From the NCBI GenBank assembly GCA_002189035.1, contig NEEC01000269.1, forward strand, positions 1 to 37,748: DNA of 37,748 bases, written 5' to 3'. The translations under genes and the position numbers were made by a program. Source of the DNA: Utricularia gibba (lineage: Eukaryota; Plantae; Magnoliophyta). The notes beneath the pieces are model-generated. The model was not told where the DNA came from. It searched no databases and saw only the letters and a program-made list of their open reading frames with translations. Below are positions 15,001 through 27,634 of this stretch, piece after piece (positions within the stretch are counted from its first letter, which is position 1; the number at the start of each line of letters is the position of its first letter).

Positions 15001-18000
15001 TTCTCCGTTGCTGGACGGGCCTCGCAAGCTTTGCCGTTACCTTCAGGTGTTCTGGACTCCTTAGCGAATGGACTGGACAAGGAGACCGTTGGTCTATTAT
15101 CGCGGCCGTTGAAAGATATGAGGATGCGTGGAGATTAGACCAGCACTGATGCGCACGTCCATAGGACCGTAAAGTCCAACCCATGGACTCTAACCAAGTA
15201 CTTCACCACTGATGTGTCGTCCAACGATACGAAGGGGTACATCAGGATCAATGATGCAGGGTTGTAACATCAACGATCCCAGTACTTCTTAGTTTTTCCT
15301 ATTGCTTTCCCTTATGATCTTCCATGGAAACAAAGTGAGACTTACGCAGAGGAGTCACGAGTTCACTCCATGGCGGATCATGGTGCACCATCGCTACTCG
15401 TTTGAGGGTGTTTTGTTGTGCAACAAACTCAGCCAGCATCCAATGAATACTAGAATGTGGCCAAGGACACTCCATGTACTTTCCCGATCTCCAACAACGT
15501 GCGTTGGAAACATTAACATTTTCGGATTCATTCTACGGAGCACATACGATGTGGATGTGCTATCCAGCCGTTAGATGGCTACCACCCCGACCTCCTGAAT
15601 ATTTGGACACGAAAGTGGGCATGCCGCTATACGTTTGGAGAGAAAACCTTCGACCATACAGGTTAAAGGATGTCATCTATATCAAACATACGTTGCGAGC
15701 CACGTAAGCTACTATTGAGTGGACATCATTGAATGAGAAATGAGTCATAGAGCATCGAAGAACATATCGTCGTGGATCCAGAGTGTAGCCACTCCTAACC
15801 CAAAGTCCATAACTCGACCACCCAGCACTTGTGCTTCGAATCCACATAGCTCACGGAACAAACGCACACCTCCCCTTATAATTCGACCCCCATGGCATCC
15901 ACTCCTGATGCAAAATTCCATTCTCCCTCCAGGCTTTGCAAAGAAGCGGGTAACGTGGAATGGATCGGTATTGCTTCGCAAGCAGGTCACGCCTTGCAAC
16001 ATGCATACTTCATACCTTACGACATTCCAATGCCTGACCTCCGGATGCCTTTTACCCAGATTGTGGATGGAGATAGAGAAGGGATCACTTGGTTAAGCAA
16101 TCGTTAAAGCCGCGTGCGCAACACGCGAGTGTGTTTCCGTATGCTAACGGCTTGACCATCATCCGATTCAGCATACTGCTCGTGCACCTTTACGAGTGTA
16201 GCCAATTTTCCGTCCTCACTTTCAACCAGGTCCGATGCAACGTACAAAGATGAATGGGTGGTCGTCTTCCCTCAAGCATCGACACGATTCAACGGGTTGA
16301 TGGTCTCTAGTGCAAACTCCCACGCTCTTTTAGGCGTTCACATCCATGCGCACTACTTCCTTTCTTTTCTCCGTTGCTGGACGGGCCTCGCAAGCTTTAC
16401 CGTTACCTTCAGGTGTTCTGGACTCCTTAGCGAATGGACTGGACAAGGAGACCGTTGGTCTATTATCGCGGCCGTTGAAAGATATGAGGATGCGTGGAGA
16501 TTAGACCAGCACTGATGCGCACGTCCATAGGACCGTAAAGTCCAACCCATGGACTCTACCAAGTACTTCACCACTGATGTGTCGTCCAACGATACGAAGG
16601 GTACATCAGGATCAATGATGCAGGGTTGTAACACCAACGATACCAAGTACTTCTTAGTTTTTCCTATTGCTTTCCCTTATGATCTTCCATGGAAACAAAG
16701 TGAGACTTACGCAGAGGAGTCACGAGTTCACTCCATGGCGGATCATGGTGCACCATCGCTACTCGTTTGAGGGTGTTTTGTTGTGCAACAAACTCAGCCA
16801 GCATCCAATGAATACTAGAATGTGGCCAAGGACACTCCATGTACTTTCCCGATCTCCAACAACGTGCGTTGGAAACATTAACATTTTCGGATTCATTCTA
16901 CGGAGCACATACGATGTGGATGTGCTATCCAGCCGTTAGATGGCTACCACCCCGACCTCCTGAATATTTGGACACGAAAGTGGGCATGCCGCTATACGTT
17001 TGGAGGAGAAAACCTTCGACCATACAGGTTAAAGGATGTCATCTATATCAAACATACGTTGCGAGCCACGTAAGCTACTATTGAGTGGACATCATTGAAT
17101 GAGAAATGAGTCATAGAGCATCGAAGAACATATCGTCGTGGATCCAGAGTGTAGCCACTCCTAACCCAAAGTCCATAACTCGACCACCCAGCACTTGTGC
17201 TTCGAATCCACATAGCTCACGGAACAAACGCACACTCCCCTTATAATTCGACCCCCATGGCATCCACTCCTGATGCAAAATTCCATTCTCCCTCCAGGCT
17301 TTGCAAAGAAGCGGTAACGTGGAATGGATCGGTATTGCTTCGCAAGCAGGTCACGCCTTGCAACATGCATACTTCATACCTTACGACATTCCAATGCCTG
17401 ACCTCCGGATGCCTTTTACCCAGATTGTGGATGGAGATAGAGAAGGGATCACTTGGTTAAGCAATCGTTAAAGCCGCGTGCGCAACACGCGAGTGTGTTC
17501 CGTATGCTAACGGCTTGACCATCATCCGATTCAGCATACTGCTCGTGCACCTTTACGAGTGTAGCCAATTTTCCGTCCTCACTTTCAACCAGGTCCGATG
17601 CAACGTACAAAGATGAATGGGTGGTCGTCTTCCTCAAGCATCGACACGATTCAACGGGTTGATGGTCTCTAGTGCAAACTCCCACGCTCTTTTAGGCGTT
17701 CACATCCATGCGCACTACTTCCTTTCTTTTCTCCGTTGCTGGACGGGCCTCGCAAGCTTTGCCGTTACCTTCAGGTGTTCTGGACTCCTTAGCGAATGGA
17801 CTGGACAAGGAGACCGTTGGTCTATTATCGCGGCCGTTGAAAGATATGAGGATGCGTGGAGATTAGACCAGCACTGATGCGCACGTCCATAGGACCGTAA
17901 AGTCCAACCCATGGACTCTAACCAAGTACTTCACCACTGATGTGTCGTCCAACGATACGAAGGGGGTACATCAGGATCAATGATGCAGGGTTGTAACATC

Positions 18001-21000
18001 AACGATCCCATACTTCTTAGTTTTTCCTATTGCTTTCCCTTATGATCTTCCATGGAAACAAAGTGAGACTTACGCAGAGGAGTCACGAGTTCACTCCATG
18101 GCGGATCATGGTGCACCATCGCTACTCGTTTGAGGGTTTTTGTGCAACAAACTCAGCCAGCATCCAATGAATACTAGAATGTGGCCAAGGACACTCCATG
18201 TACTTTCCCGATCTCCAACAACGTGCGTTGGAAACATTAACATTTTCGGATTCATTCTACGGAGCACATACGATGTGGATGTGCTATCCAGCCGTTAGAT
18301 GGCTACCACCCCGACCTCCTGAATATTTGGACACGAAAGTGGGCATGCCGCTATACGTTTGGGAGGAGAAAACCTTCGACCATACAGGTTAAAGGATGTC
18401 ATCTATATCAAACATACGTTGCGAGCCACGTAAGCTACTATTGAGTGGACATCATTGAATGAGAAATGAGTCATAGAGCATCGAAGAACATATCGGTCGT
18501 GGATCCAGAGTGTAGCCACTCCTAACCCAAAGTCCATAACTCGACCACCCAGCACTTGTGCTTCGAATCCACATAGCTCACGGAACAAACGCACACTCCC
18601 CTTATAATTCGACCCCCATGGCATCCACTCCTGATGCAAAATTCCATTCTCCCTCCAGGCTTTGCAAAGAAGCGGGTAACGTGGAATGGATCGGTATTGC
18701 TTCGCAAGCAGGTCACGCCTTGCAACATGCATACTTCATACCTTACGACATTCCAATGCCTGACCTCCGGATGCCTTTTACCCAGATTGTGGATGGAGAT
18801 AGAGAAGGGATCACTGGTTAAGCAATCGTTAAAGCCGCGTGCGCAACACGCGAGTGTGTTTCCGTATGCTAACGGCTTGACCATCATCCGATTCAGCATA
18901 CTGCTCGTGCACCTTACGAGTGTAGCCAATTTTCCGTCCTCACTTTCAACCAGGTCCGATGCAACGTACAAAGATGAATGGGTGGTCGTCTTCCTCAAGC
19001 ATCGACACGATTCAACGGGTTGATGGTCTCTAGTGCAAACTCCCACGCTCTTTTAGGCGTTCACATCCATGCGCACTACTTCCTTTCTTTCTCCGTTGCT
19101 GGACGGGCCTCGCAAGCTTTGCCGTTACCTTCAGGTGTTCTGGACTCCTTAGCGAATGGACTGGACAAGGAGACCGTTGGTCTATTATCGCGGCCGTTGA
19201 AAGATATGAGGATGCGTGGAGATTAGACCAGCACTGATGCGCACGTCCATAGGACCGTAAAGTCCAACCCATGGACTCTAACCAAGTACTTCACCACTGA
19301 TGTGTCGTCCAACGATACGAAGGGGTACATCAGGATCAATGATGCAGGGTTGTAACACCAACGATACCAAGTACTTCTTAGTTTTTCCTATTGCTTTCCC
19401 TTATGATCTTCCATGGAAACAAAGTGAGACTTACGCAGAGGAGTCACGAGTTCACTCCATGGCGGATCATGGTGCACCATCGCTACTCGTTTGAGGTGTT
19501 TTGTTGTGCAACAAACTCAGCCAGCATCCAATGAATACTAGAATGTGGCCAAGGACACTCCATGTACTTTCCCGATCTCCAACAACGTGCGTTGGAAACA
19601 TTAACATTTTCGGATTCATTCTACGGAGCACATACGATGTGGATGTGCTATCCAGCCGTTAGATGGCTACCACCCCGACCTCCTGAATATTTGGACACGA
19701 AAGTGGGCATGCCGCTATACGTTTGGAGGAGAAAACCTTCGACCATACAGGTTAAAGGATGTCATCTATATCAAACATACGTTGCGAGCCACGTAAGCTA
19801 CTATTGAGTGGACATCATTGAATGAGAAATGAGTCATAGAGCATCGAAGAACATATCGGTCGTGGATCCAGAGTGTAGCCACTCCTAACCCAAAGTCCAT
19901 AACTCGACCACCCAGCACTTGTGCTTCGAATCCACATAGCTCACGGAACAAACGCACACTCCCCTTATAATTCGACCCCCATGGCATCCACTCCTGATGC
20001 AAAATTCCATTCTCCCTCCAGGCTTTGCAAAGAAGCGGTAACGTGGAATGGATCGGTATTGCTTCGCAAGCAGGTCACGCCTTGCAACATGCATACTTCA
20101 TACCTTACGACATTCCAATGCCTGACCTCCGGATGCCTTTTACCCAGATTGTGGATGGAGATAGAGAAGGGATCACTGGTTAAGCAATCGTTAAAGCCGC
20201 GTGCGCAACACGCGAGTGTGTTCCGTATGCTAACGGCTTGACCATCATCCGATTCAGCATACTGCTCGTGCACCTTTACGAGTGTAGCCAATTTTCCGTC
20301 CTCACTTTCAACCAGGTCCGATGCAACGTACAAAGATGAATGGGTGGTCGTCTTCCCTCAAGCATCGACACGATTCAACGGTTGATGGTCTCTAGTGCAA
20401 ACTCCCACGCTCTTTTAGGCGTTCACATCCATGCGCACTACTTCCTTTCTTTTCTCCGTTGCTGGACGGGCCTCGCAAGCTTTGCCGTTACCTTCAGGTG
20501 TTCTGGACTCCTTAGCGAATGGACTGGACAAGGAGACCGTTGGTCTATTATCGCGGCCGTTGAAAGATATGAGGATGCGTGGAGATTAGACCAGCACTGA
20601 TGCGCACGTCCATAGGACCGTAAAGTCCAACCCATGGACTCTAGCCAAGTACTTCACCACTGATGTGTCGTCCAACGATACGAAGGGGGTACATCAGGAT
20701 CAATGATGCAGGTTGTAACATCAACGATACCAAGTACTTCTTAGTTTTTCCTATTGCTTTCCCTTATGATCTTCCATGGAAACAAAGTGAGACTTACGCA
20801 GAGGAGTCACGAGTTCACTCCATGGCGGATCATGGTGCACCATCGCTACTCGTTTGAGGGTTTTGTTGTGCAACAAACTCAGCCAGCATCCAATGAATAC
20901 TAGAATGTGGCCAAGGACACTCCATGTACTTTCCCGATCTCCAACAACGTGCGTTGGAAACATTAACATTTTCGGATTCATTCTACGGAGCACATACGAT

Positions 21001-24000
21001 GTGGATGTGCTATCCAGCCGTTAGATGGCTACCACCCCGACCTCCTGAATATTTGGACACGAAAGTGGCATGCCGCTATATCCCTATCATCTATATCATA
21101 CGTTGCGAGCCACGTAAGCTACTATTGAGTGGACATCATTGAATGAGAAATGAGTCATAGAGCATCGAAGAACATATCGATCGTGGATCCAGAGTGTAGC
21201 CACTCCTAACCCAAAGTCCATAACTCGACCACCCAGCACTTGTGCTTCGAATCCACATAGCTCACGGAACAAACGCACACTCCCCTTATAATTCGACCCC
21301 CATGGCATCCACTCCTGATGCAAAATTCCATTCTCCCTCCAGGCTTTGCAAAGAAGGGTAACGTGGAATGGATCGGTATTGCTTCGCAAGCAGGTCACGC
21401 CTTGCAACATGCATACTTCATACCTTACGACATTCCAATGCCTGACCTCCGGATGCCTTTTACCCAGATTGTGGATGGAGATAGAGAAGGGATCACTTGG
21501 TTAAGCAATCGTTAAAGCCGCGTGCGCAACACGCGAGTGTGTTCCGTATGCTAACGGCTTGACCATCATCCGATTCAGCATACTGCTCGTGCACCTTTAC
21601 GAGTGTAGCCAATTTTCCGTCCTCACTTTCAACCAGGTCCGATGCAACGTACAAAGATGAATGGGTGGTCGTCTTCCCTCAAGCATCGACACGATTCAAC
21701 GGGTTGATGGTCTCTAGTGCAAACTCCCACGCTCTTTTAGGCGTTCACATCCATGCGCACTACTTCCTTTCTTTTCTCCGTTGCTGGACGGGCCTCGCAA
21801 GCTTTGCCGTTACCTTCAGGTGTTCTGGACTCCTTAGCGAATGGACTGGACAAGGAGACCGTTGGTCTATTATCGCGGCCGTTGAAAGATATGAGGATGC
21901 GTGGAGATTAGACCAGCACTGATGCGCACGTCCATAGGACCGTAAAGTCCAACCCATGGACTCTAACCAAGTACTTCACCACTGATGTGTCGTCCAACGA
22001 TACGAAGGGGTACATCAGGATCAATGATGCAGGGTTGTAACACCAACAGATCCATACTTCTTAGTTTTTCCTATTGCTTTCCCTTATGATCTTCCATGGA
22101 AACAAAGTGAGACTTACGCAGAGGAGTCACGAGTTCACTCCATGGCGGATCATGGTGCACCATCGCTACTCGTTTGAGGTGTTTTGTTGTGCAACAAACT
22201 CAGCCAGCATCCAATGAATACTAGAATGTGGCCAAGGACACTCCATGTACTTTCCCGATCTCCAACAACGTGCGTTGGAAACATTAACATTTTCGGATTC
22301 ATTCTACGGAGCACATACGATGTGGATGTGCTATCCAGCCGTTAGATGGCTACCACCCCGACCTCCTGAATATTTGGACACGAAAGTGGGCATGCCGCTA
22401 TACGTTTGGAGGAGAAAACCTTCGACCATACAGGTTAAAGGATGTCATCTATATCAAACATACGTTGCGAGCCACGTAAGCTACTATTGAGTGGACATCA
22501 TTGAATGAGAAATGAGTCATAGAGCATCGAAGAACATATCGATCGTGGATCCAGAGTGTAGCCACTCCTAACCCAAAGTCCATAACTCGACCACCCAGCA
22601 CTTGTGCTTCGAATCCACATAGCTCACGGAACAAACGCACACCTCCCCTTATAATTCGACCCCCATGGCATCCACTCCTGATGCAAAATTCCATTCTCCC
22701 TCCAGGCTTTGCAAAGAAGCGGTGGAATGGATCGGTATTGCTTCGCAAGCAGGTCACGCCTTGCAACATGCATACTTCATACCTTACGACATTCCAATGC
22801 CTGACCTCCGGATGCCTTTTACCCAGCACTTTAAGCAATCGTTAAAGCCGCGTGCGCAACACGCGAGTGTCCGTATGCTAACGCTTGACCATCATCCGAT
22901 TCAGCATACTGCTCGTGCACCTTTACGAGTGTAGCCAATTTTCCGTCCTCACTTTCAACCAGATGCAACGTACAAAGATCCAATGCCTGACCTCCGGATG
23001 CCTTTTACCCAGATTGTGGATGGAGATAGAGAAGGATCACTGGTTAAGCAATCGTTAAAGCCGCGTGCGCAACACGCGAGTGTGTTCCGTATGCTAACGG
23101 CTTGACCATCATCCGATTCAGCATACTGCTCGTGCACCTTTACGAGTGTAGCCAATTTTCCGTCCTCACTTTCAACCAGGTCCGATGCAACGTACAAAAG
23201 AATGGTGGTCGTCTTCCTCAAGCATCGACACGATTCAACGGTTGATGTCTCTAGTGCAAACTCCCACGCTCTTTAGGCGTTCACATCCATGCGCACTACT
23301 TCCTTTTTTTCTCCGTTGCTGGACGGGCCTCGCAAGCTTTGCCGTTACCTTCAGGTGTTCTGGACCCTTAGCGAATGGACTGGACAAGGAGACCGTTGGT
23401 CTATTATCGCGGCCGTTGAAAATATGAGGATGCGTGGAGATTAGACCAGCACTGATGCGCACGTCCATAGGACCGTAAAGTCCAACCCATGGACTCTACC
23501 AAGTACTTCACCACTGATGTGTCGTCCAACGATACGAAGGGGGTACATCAGGATCAATGATGCAGGTTGTAACACAACGATCCAATACTTCTTAGTTTTT
23601 CCTATTGCTTTCCCTTATGATCTTCCATGGAAACAAAGTGAGACTTACGCAGAGGAGTCACGAGTTCACTCCATGGCGGATCATGGTGCACCATCGCTAC
23701 TCGTTTGAGGGTGTTTTGTTGTGCAACAAACTCAGCCAGCATCCAATGAATACTAGAATGTGGCCAAGGACACTCCATGTACTTTCCCGATCTCCAACAA
23801 CGTGCGTTGGAAACATTAACATTTTCGGATTCATTCTACGGAGCACATACGATGTGGATGTGCTATCCAGCCGTTAGATGGCTACCACCCCGACCTCCTG
23901 AATATTTGGACACGAAAGTGGGCATGCCGCTATACGTTTGGAGGAGAAAACCTTCGACCATACAGGTTAAAGGATGTCATCTATATCAAACATACGTTGC

Positions 24001-24660
24001 GAGCCACGTAAGCTACTATTGAGTGGACATCATTGAATGAGAAATGAGTCATAGAGCATCGAAGAACATATCGTCGTGATCCAGAGTGTAGCCACTCCTA
24101 ACCCAAAGTCCATAACTCGACCACCAGCACTTGTGCTTCGAATCCACATAGCTCACGGAACAAACGCACACTCCCCTATATAATTCGACCCCCATGGCAT
24201 CCACTCCTGATGCAAAATTCCATTCTCCCTCCAGGCTTTGCAAAGAAGCGGTAACGTGGAATGGATCGGTATTGCTTCGCAAGCAGGTCACGCCTTGCAA
24301 CATGCATACTTCATACCTTACGACATTCCAATGCCTGACCTCCGGATGCCTTTTACCCAGATTGTGGATGGAGATAGAGAAGGGATCACTGGTTAAGCAA
24401 TCGTTAAAGCCGCGTGCGCAACACGCGAGTGTTTTCCGTATGCTAACGGCTTGACCATCATCCGATTCAGCATACTGCTCGTGCACCTTTACGAGTGTAG
24501 CCAATTTTCCTCCTCACTTTCAACCAGTCCGATGCAACGTACAAAGATGAATGGGTGGTCGTCTTCCCTCAAGCATCGACACGATTCAACGGGTTGATGG
24601 TCTCTAGTGCAAACTCCCACGCTCTTTTAGGCGTTCACATCCATGCGCACTACTTCCTTT
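1..24660 (+). repeat. Homogeneous tandem array, ~18 copies of a ~1,364-bp monomer (long-monomer satellite); continues off the left edge
   Basis: The same marker (ATG of the 'MYFPDL' ORF) recurs at 466, 1830, 3198, 8649, 10015, 11383, 12748, 14111, 15474, 16839, 18198, 19562, 20924, 22245 and 23777. Mean period from 466 to 20924 is ~1,364 bp. Copies differ mostly by 1-bp indels and a few substitutions. One BamHI site (ggatcc, first at 768) and one HindIII site per monomer. Confidence 0.98.
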
Positions 24661-25494
24661 CTTTTTGTCCGTTGCTGGACGGGCCTCGCAAGCTTTACCG
24701 TTACCTTCAGGTGTTCTGGACGCCTTAGCGAATGGACTGGACAATGAGACCGTTGGTCTATTATCGCTGCCGTTTAAAAATATGAGGATGCGTGGAGATT
24801 AGACCAGCACTGATGCGCACGTCCATAGAACCGTAAAGTCCAACCCATGGACTCTTACCTAGTACTTCACCCTTGATGTATCGTCAAACGATGCGAAGGG
24901 GGTACACCAGGAGGAATGACTTGGGTTATAACACTAACAGGATCCCATACATCTTAGTTTTTCCTATTACTTTCCCTTATGATCTTCCATGGAAACAAAG
25001 TAAGACTTACGCAGAGGAGTCACGAGTTCTCTACATGGCGGATCTTGGTGCACCATCGCTACTCGTTTGAGGGTGTTTTGTTGTGCAACAAACTCAGCCA
25101 ACATCCAATGAATATTAGAATGCGGCCAACGACACTCCATGTACTTTACCGATCACCAACAACGTGCGATGGAAACATTAACAATTTTGGATTCATTCTA
25201 TGGAGCAGATACGATGTGGATGTGCTATCCAGCCGTTAGACGGCTACCCCGACCTCCTGAATATTTGGACACGAAAGTGGGCATGCCACTATACGTTTGG
25301 AAGGAAAAAACCTTCAACCATACAGTTTAAAGGATATCATCTATAACAAACATACGTTGCGAGCCACGTAAGCTATTATTGAGTGGACATCATTTAATGA
25401 GAAATGATTTATTGAGTATTGAAGAACATATCGATCGTGGATCCAGAGTGTAACCACTCCTAACCCCAAGTCCATAACTCGACCACTGAGCACT
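24661..25494 (+). repeat. Diverged satellite monomer continuing the array in register
   Basis: Collinear with the young monomer, but substitutions accumulate from ~24,667 (e.g. cgccttagc, acaatgag, tatcgctgccgtttaaaaa). The period is still 1,362 (marker at 25139). Confidence 0.95.
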
Positions 25495-25753
25495 TGTTAG
25501 TGTATGTGCTCTAGAGACAATCAACTCATTGGCAAATCTTATCTTATGATATTTACTTTGAATTGTGATCAAATTTATATCATTGATAAAATCCTCTACT
25601 TGATCTATGTGCTATAGAAATTATGATGAGATCATAATGTGAGATTCTTCAAGCACTCATGATCAAGTTAAAAACTCCCTTGCTAGAGTATTTGTGAAAT
25701 GAGGATATCACAAATACGGATATGCTGGCACACATTGAGTTCCCTAAACTATT
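25495..25753 (+). mobile_element. 5' fragment of an Angela-like Ty1/copia LTR
   Basis: Starts TGTTAGTGTATGTGCTCTAGAGACAATC, resembling Angela-type LTR starts. About 90% identical to 37,012-37,197. Its distal ~105 bp match the reverse complement of ~36,400-36,504, which belongs to an LTR next to a PBS and copia gag. Confidence 0.8.
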
Positions 25754-25763
25754 ACTAAGCTGG

Positions 25764-27634
25764 CATACAGTTTAAAGGATATCATCTATAACAAACATAC
25801 GTTGCGAGCCACGTAAGCTATTATTGAGTGGACTTTATTTAATGAGAAATGAGTCATAGAGCACTGAAGAACATATCGATCGTGGATCCAGAGTGTAATG
25901 AATCCTAACGCAAAGTCCATAACTCGACCACGGAGCACTTGTCCTTTGAATCCACACAGCTCACGGAACAAACGAACACTTCCTCTAATAATCCGACCCT
26001 CATGGCATTCACTGGTTATTCAAAACTCCATTCTCTCACTAGGCTTTGCAAAGAAGAGGGTAACGTGGAATGTATCGGTATTGCTTAGGAAGTAGGTCAC
26101 GCCTCGCAACATGCATACTTCATACCTTTCGGCATTCCAATGTTTGACCTCCGGATTCCTTTCACTCAAATTGTGGATGAAGATATAGGAGGATTACTTG
26201 GTTAAGCTGTAGTTAAAGCTGTGTGCGCAACACGCGAGTGTGTTCCGTATGCTAACGGCTTGACCATCATCTGATTGAGCATGTTGCTCTTGCACCTTTA
26301 CGAGTGTCGCCAATTTTCCGTCCTCACTTTCAAACAGGTCCGATGCAACATACAAAGATTAATGGGTGGTCGTCTTCTTTCAAGCGTCGACATGATTCCA
26401 TCGGTTGATGGTCTCTAGTGCAAACTCCCACTCTTGTAGGTTCACATCCGTGCGCACTACTTCCTTTCTTTTCTACATTGCTGGACAGATCTCGCTACAT
26501 TTACAATTAACGAATGAACTGGAGATTGAGACTAGTGGCGTATTGTTGCTGCGATTTAAATACATAGGGATGCATAGAGATTAGACCAGCACTGATGCGC
26601 ACGTCCATAGCACCATAAAGTCCATCCAATGGGCTCTAACCAAGTACTTCACCATTCATGTATCTTCAAACGATACCAGGAGGGTACACCAGGAGCAATG
26701 ACTTGGGTTATAATAGCACCATAAAGTCCATCCAATGGGCTCTAACCAAGTACTTCACCATTCATGTATCTTCAAACGATACCAGGAGGGTGCACTAGGA
26801 GCAATGACTTGGGTTATAAGACCAACATGATCCCATACTACTTAGTGTATCCTGTTGCTTTCTCTTATGATGTTCCATGGCAATATGGTGAGACGTATGC
26901 AGAGGGGTCACGAGTTCACTCCAAGGCGAATCATGGTGCACCATCGTTACTCGTTTGAAGGTGTTGTGTGGTGCAACAAAGTCAGCCTAATTCCAATGAA
27001 TAGTAGATTGTGGCCAAGGAGACTCCATGTACTTTATCGATCCCAACAACGTACGATGGAAACATTAACAATTTTGGATTCATTCTATAGAGCACATACG
27101 ATGTGGATGTGTTATCCAGCCTTTAGATGACTCCCACCCTGACCTCTTGAATGTTTGGACACGAAAGTGGCATGCCACTATACGTTTGGGAGGAAAAAAC
27201 CTTCAACCATACAGTTTAAAGGATATCATCTATATCAAACATACGTTGCGAGCCACGAAAGCTATTGTTGAGTGGACATCATTTAATGAGAAATGAGTCA
27301 TAGAGCATTGAAGAACATATCGATCGTGGATCCAGAGTGTAACCACTCCTAACCCCAAGTCCATAACTCCAGTGCCTAACCTCCAAATGTCTTTTACTCT
27401 GAATTCACATGAAGATATAGTAGAGATCACTTGGTTATGCAATAGGTAAAGCCGTGTGCGCAACATGCGAGTGTGTCCTATATCCTAATGCCTTGACCAT
27501 CATCTGATTGAGACTGCTGCTTGTGCACCTTTACTAGTGTGTCCACTTTTCATCCTCTCTTCAAACAGGTGCAATGCAATATATAAAGAACAATGGGTGG
27601 TCGTCTTTTATTCTTCGACACCAATCTATCATTG
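25764..27634 (+). repeat. Diverged satellite monomers (about 1.4 units) with an internal duplication and deletions
   Basis: Clear collinear homology to the monomer (catacagtttaaaggatatcatc...; gagattagaccagcactgatgcgcacgtccatag). 106-bp duplication at 26,607. Deletion of roughly 250 bp near 27,369. Confidence 0.93.
26607..26818 (+). repeat. 106-bp direct tandem duplication inside a diverged monomer
   Basis: atagcaccataaagtccatccaatgggctctaacc... begins at both 26,607 and 26,713. The two copies differ by only a couple of bases (tacacc vs tgcact). Confidence 0.93.

Noticed and set aside
13800-22100. Higher-order repeat among monomers
   Set aside because: Variant patterns (ctaacc, gatccc, aacacc) show no consistent period, and error noise is too high to call one.
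299-24504. Recurrent 60-197-aa ORFs on both strands of the monomer (e.g. 11819-12412, 18522-19046)
   Set aside because: No recognisable domain. They overlap in several frames, and their lengths depend on homopolymer indels that vary copy to copy. The longest need specific indel alleles. Not called as CDS; tBLASTX with a polished consensus would be the decisive test for a coding fossil.
1-24660. 45S/5S rDNA array or CRISPR array
   Set aside because: No 18S, 5.8S or 25S sequence and no intact 5S gene. There is no short repeat with unique spacers, and the context is eukaryotic.
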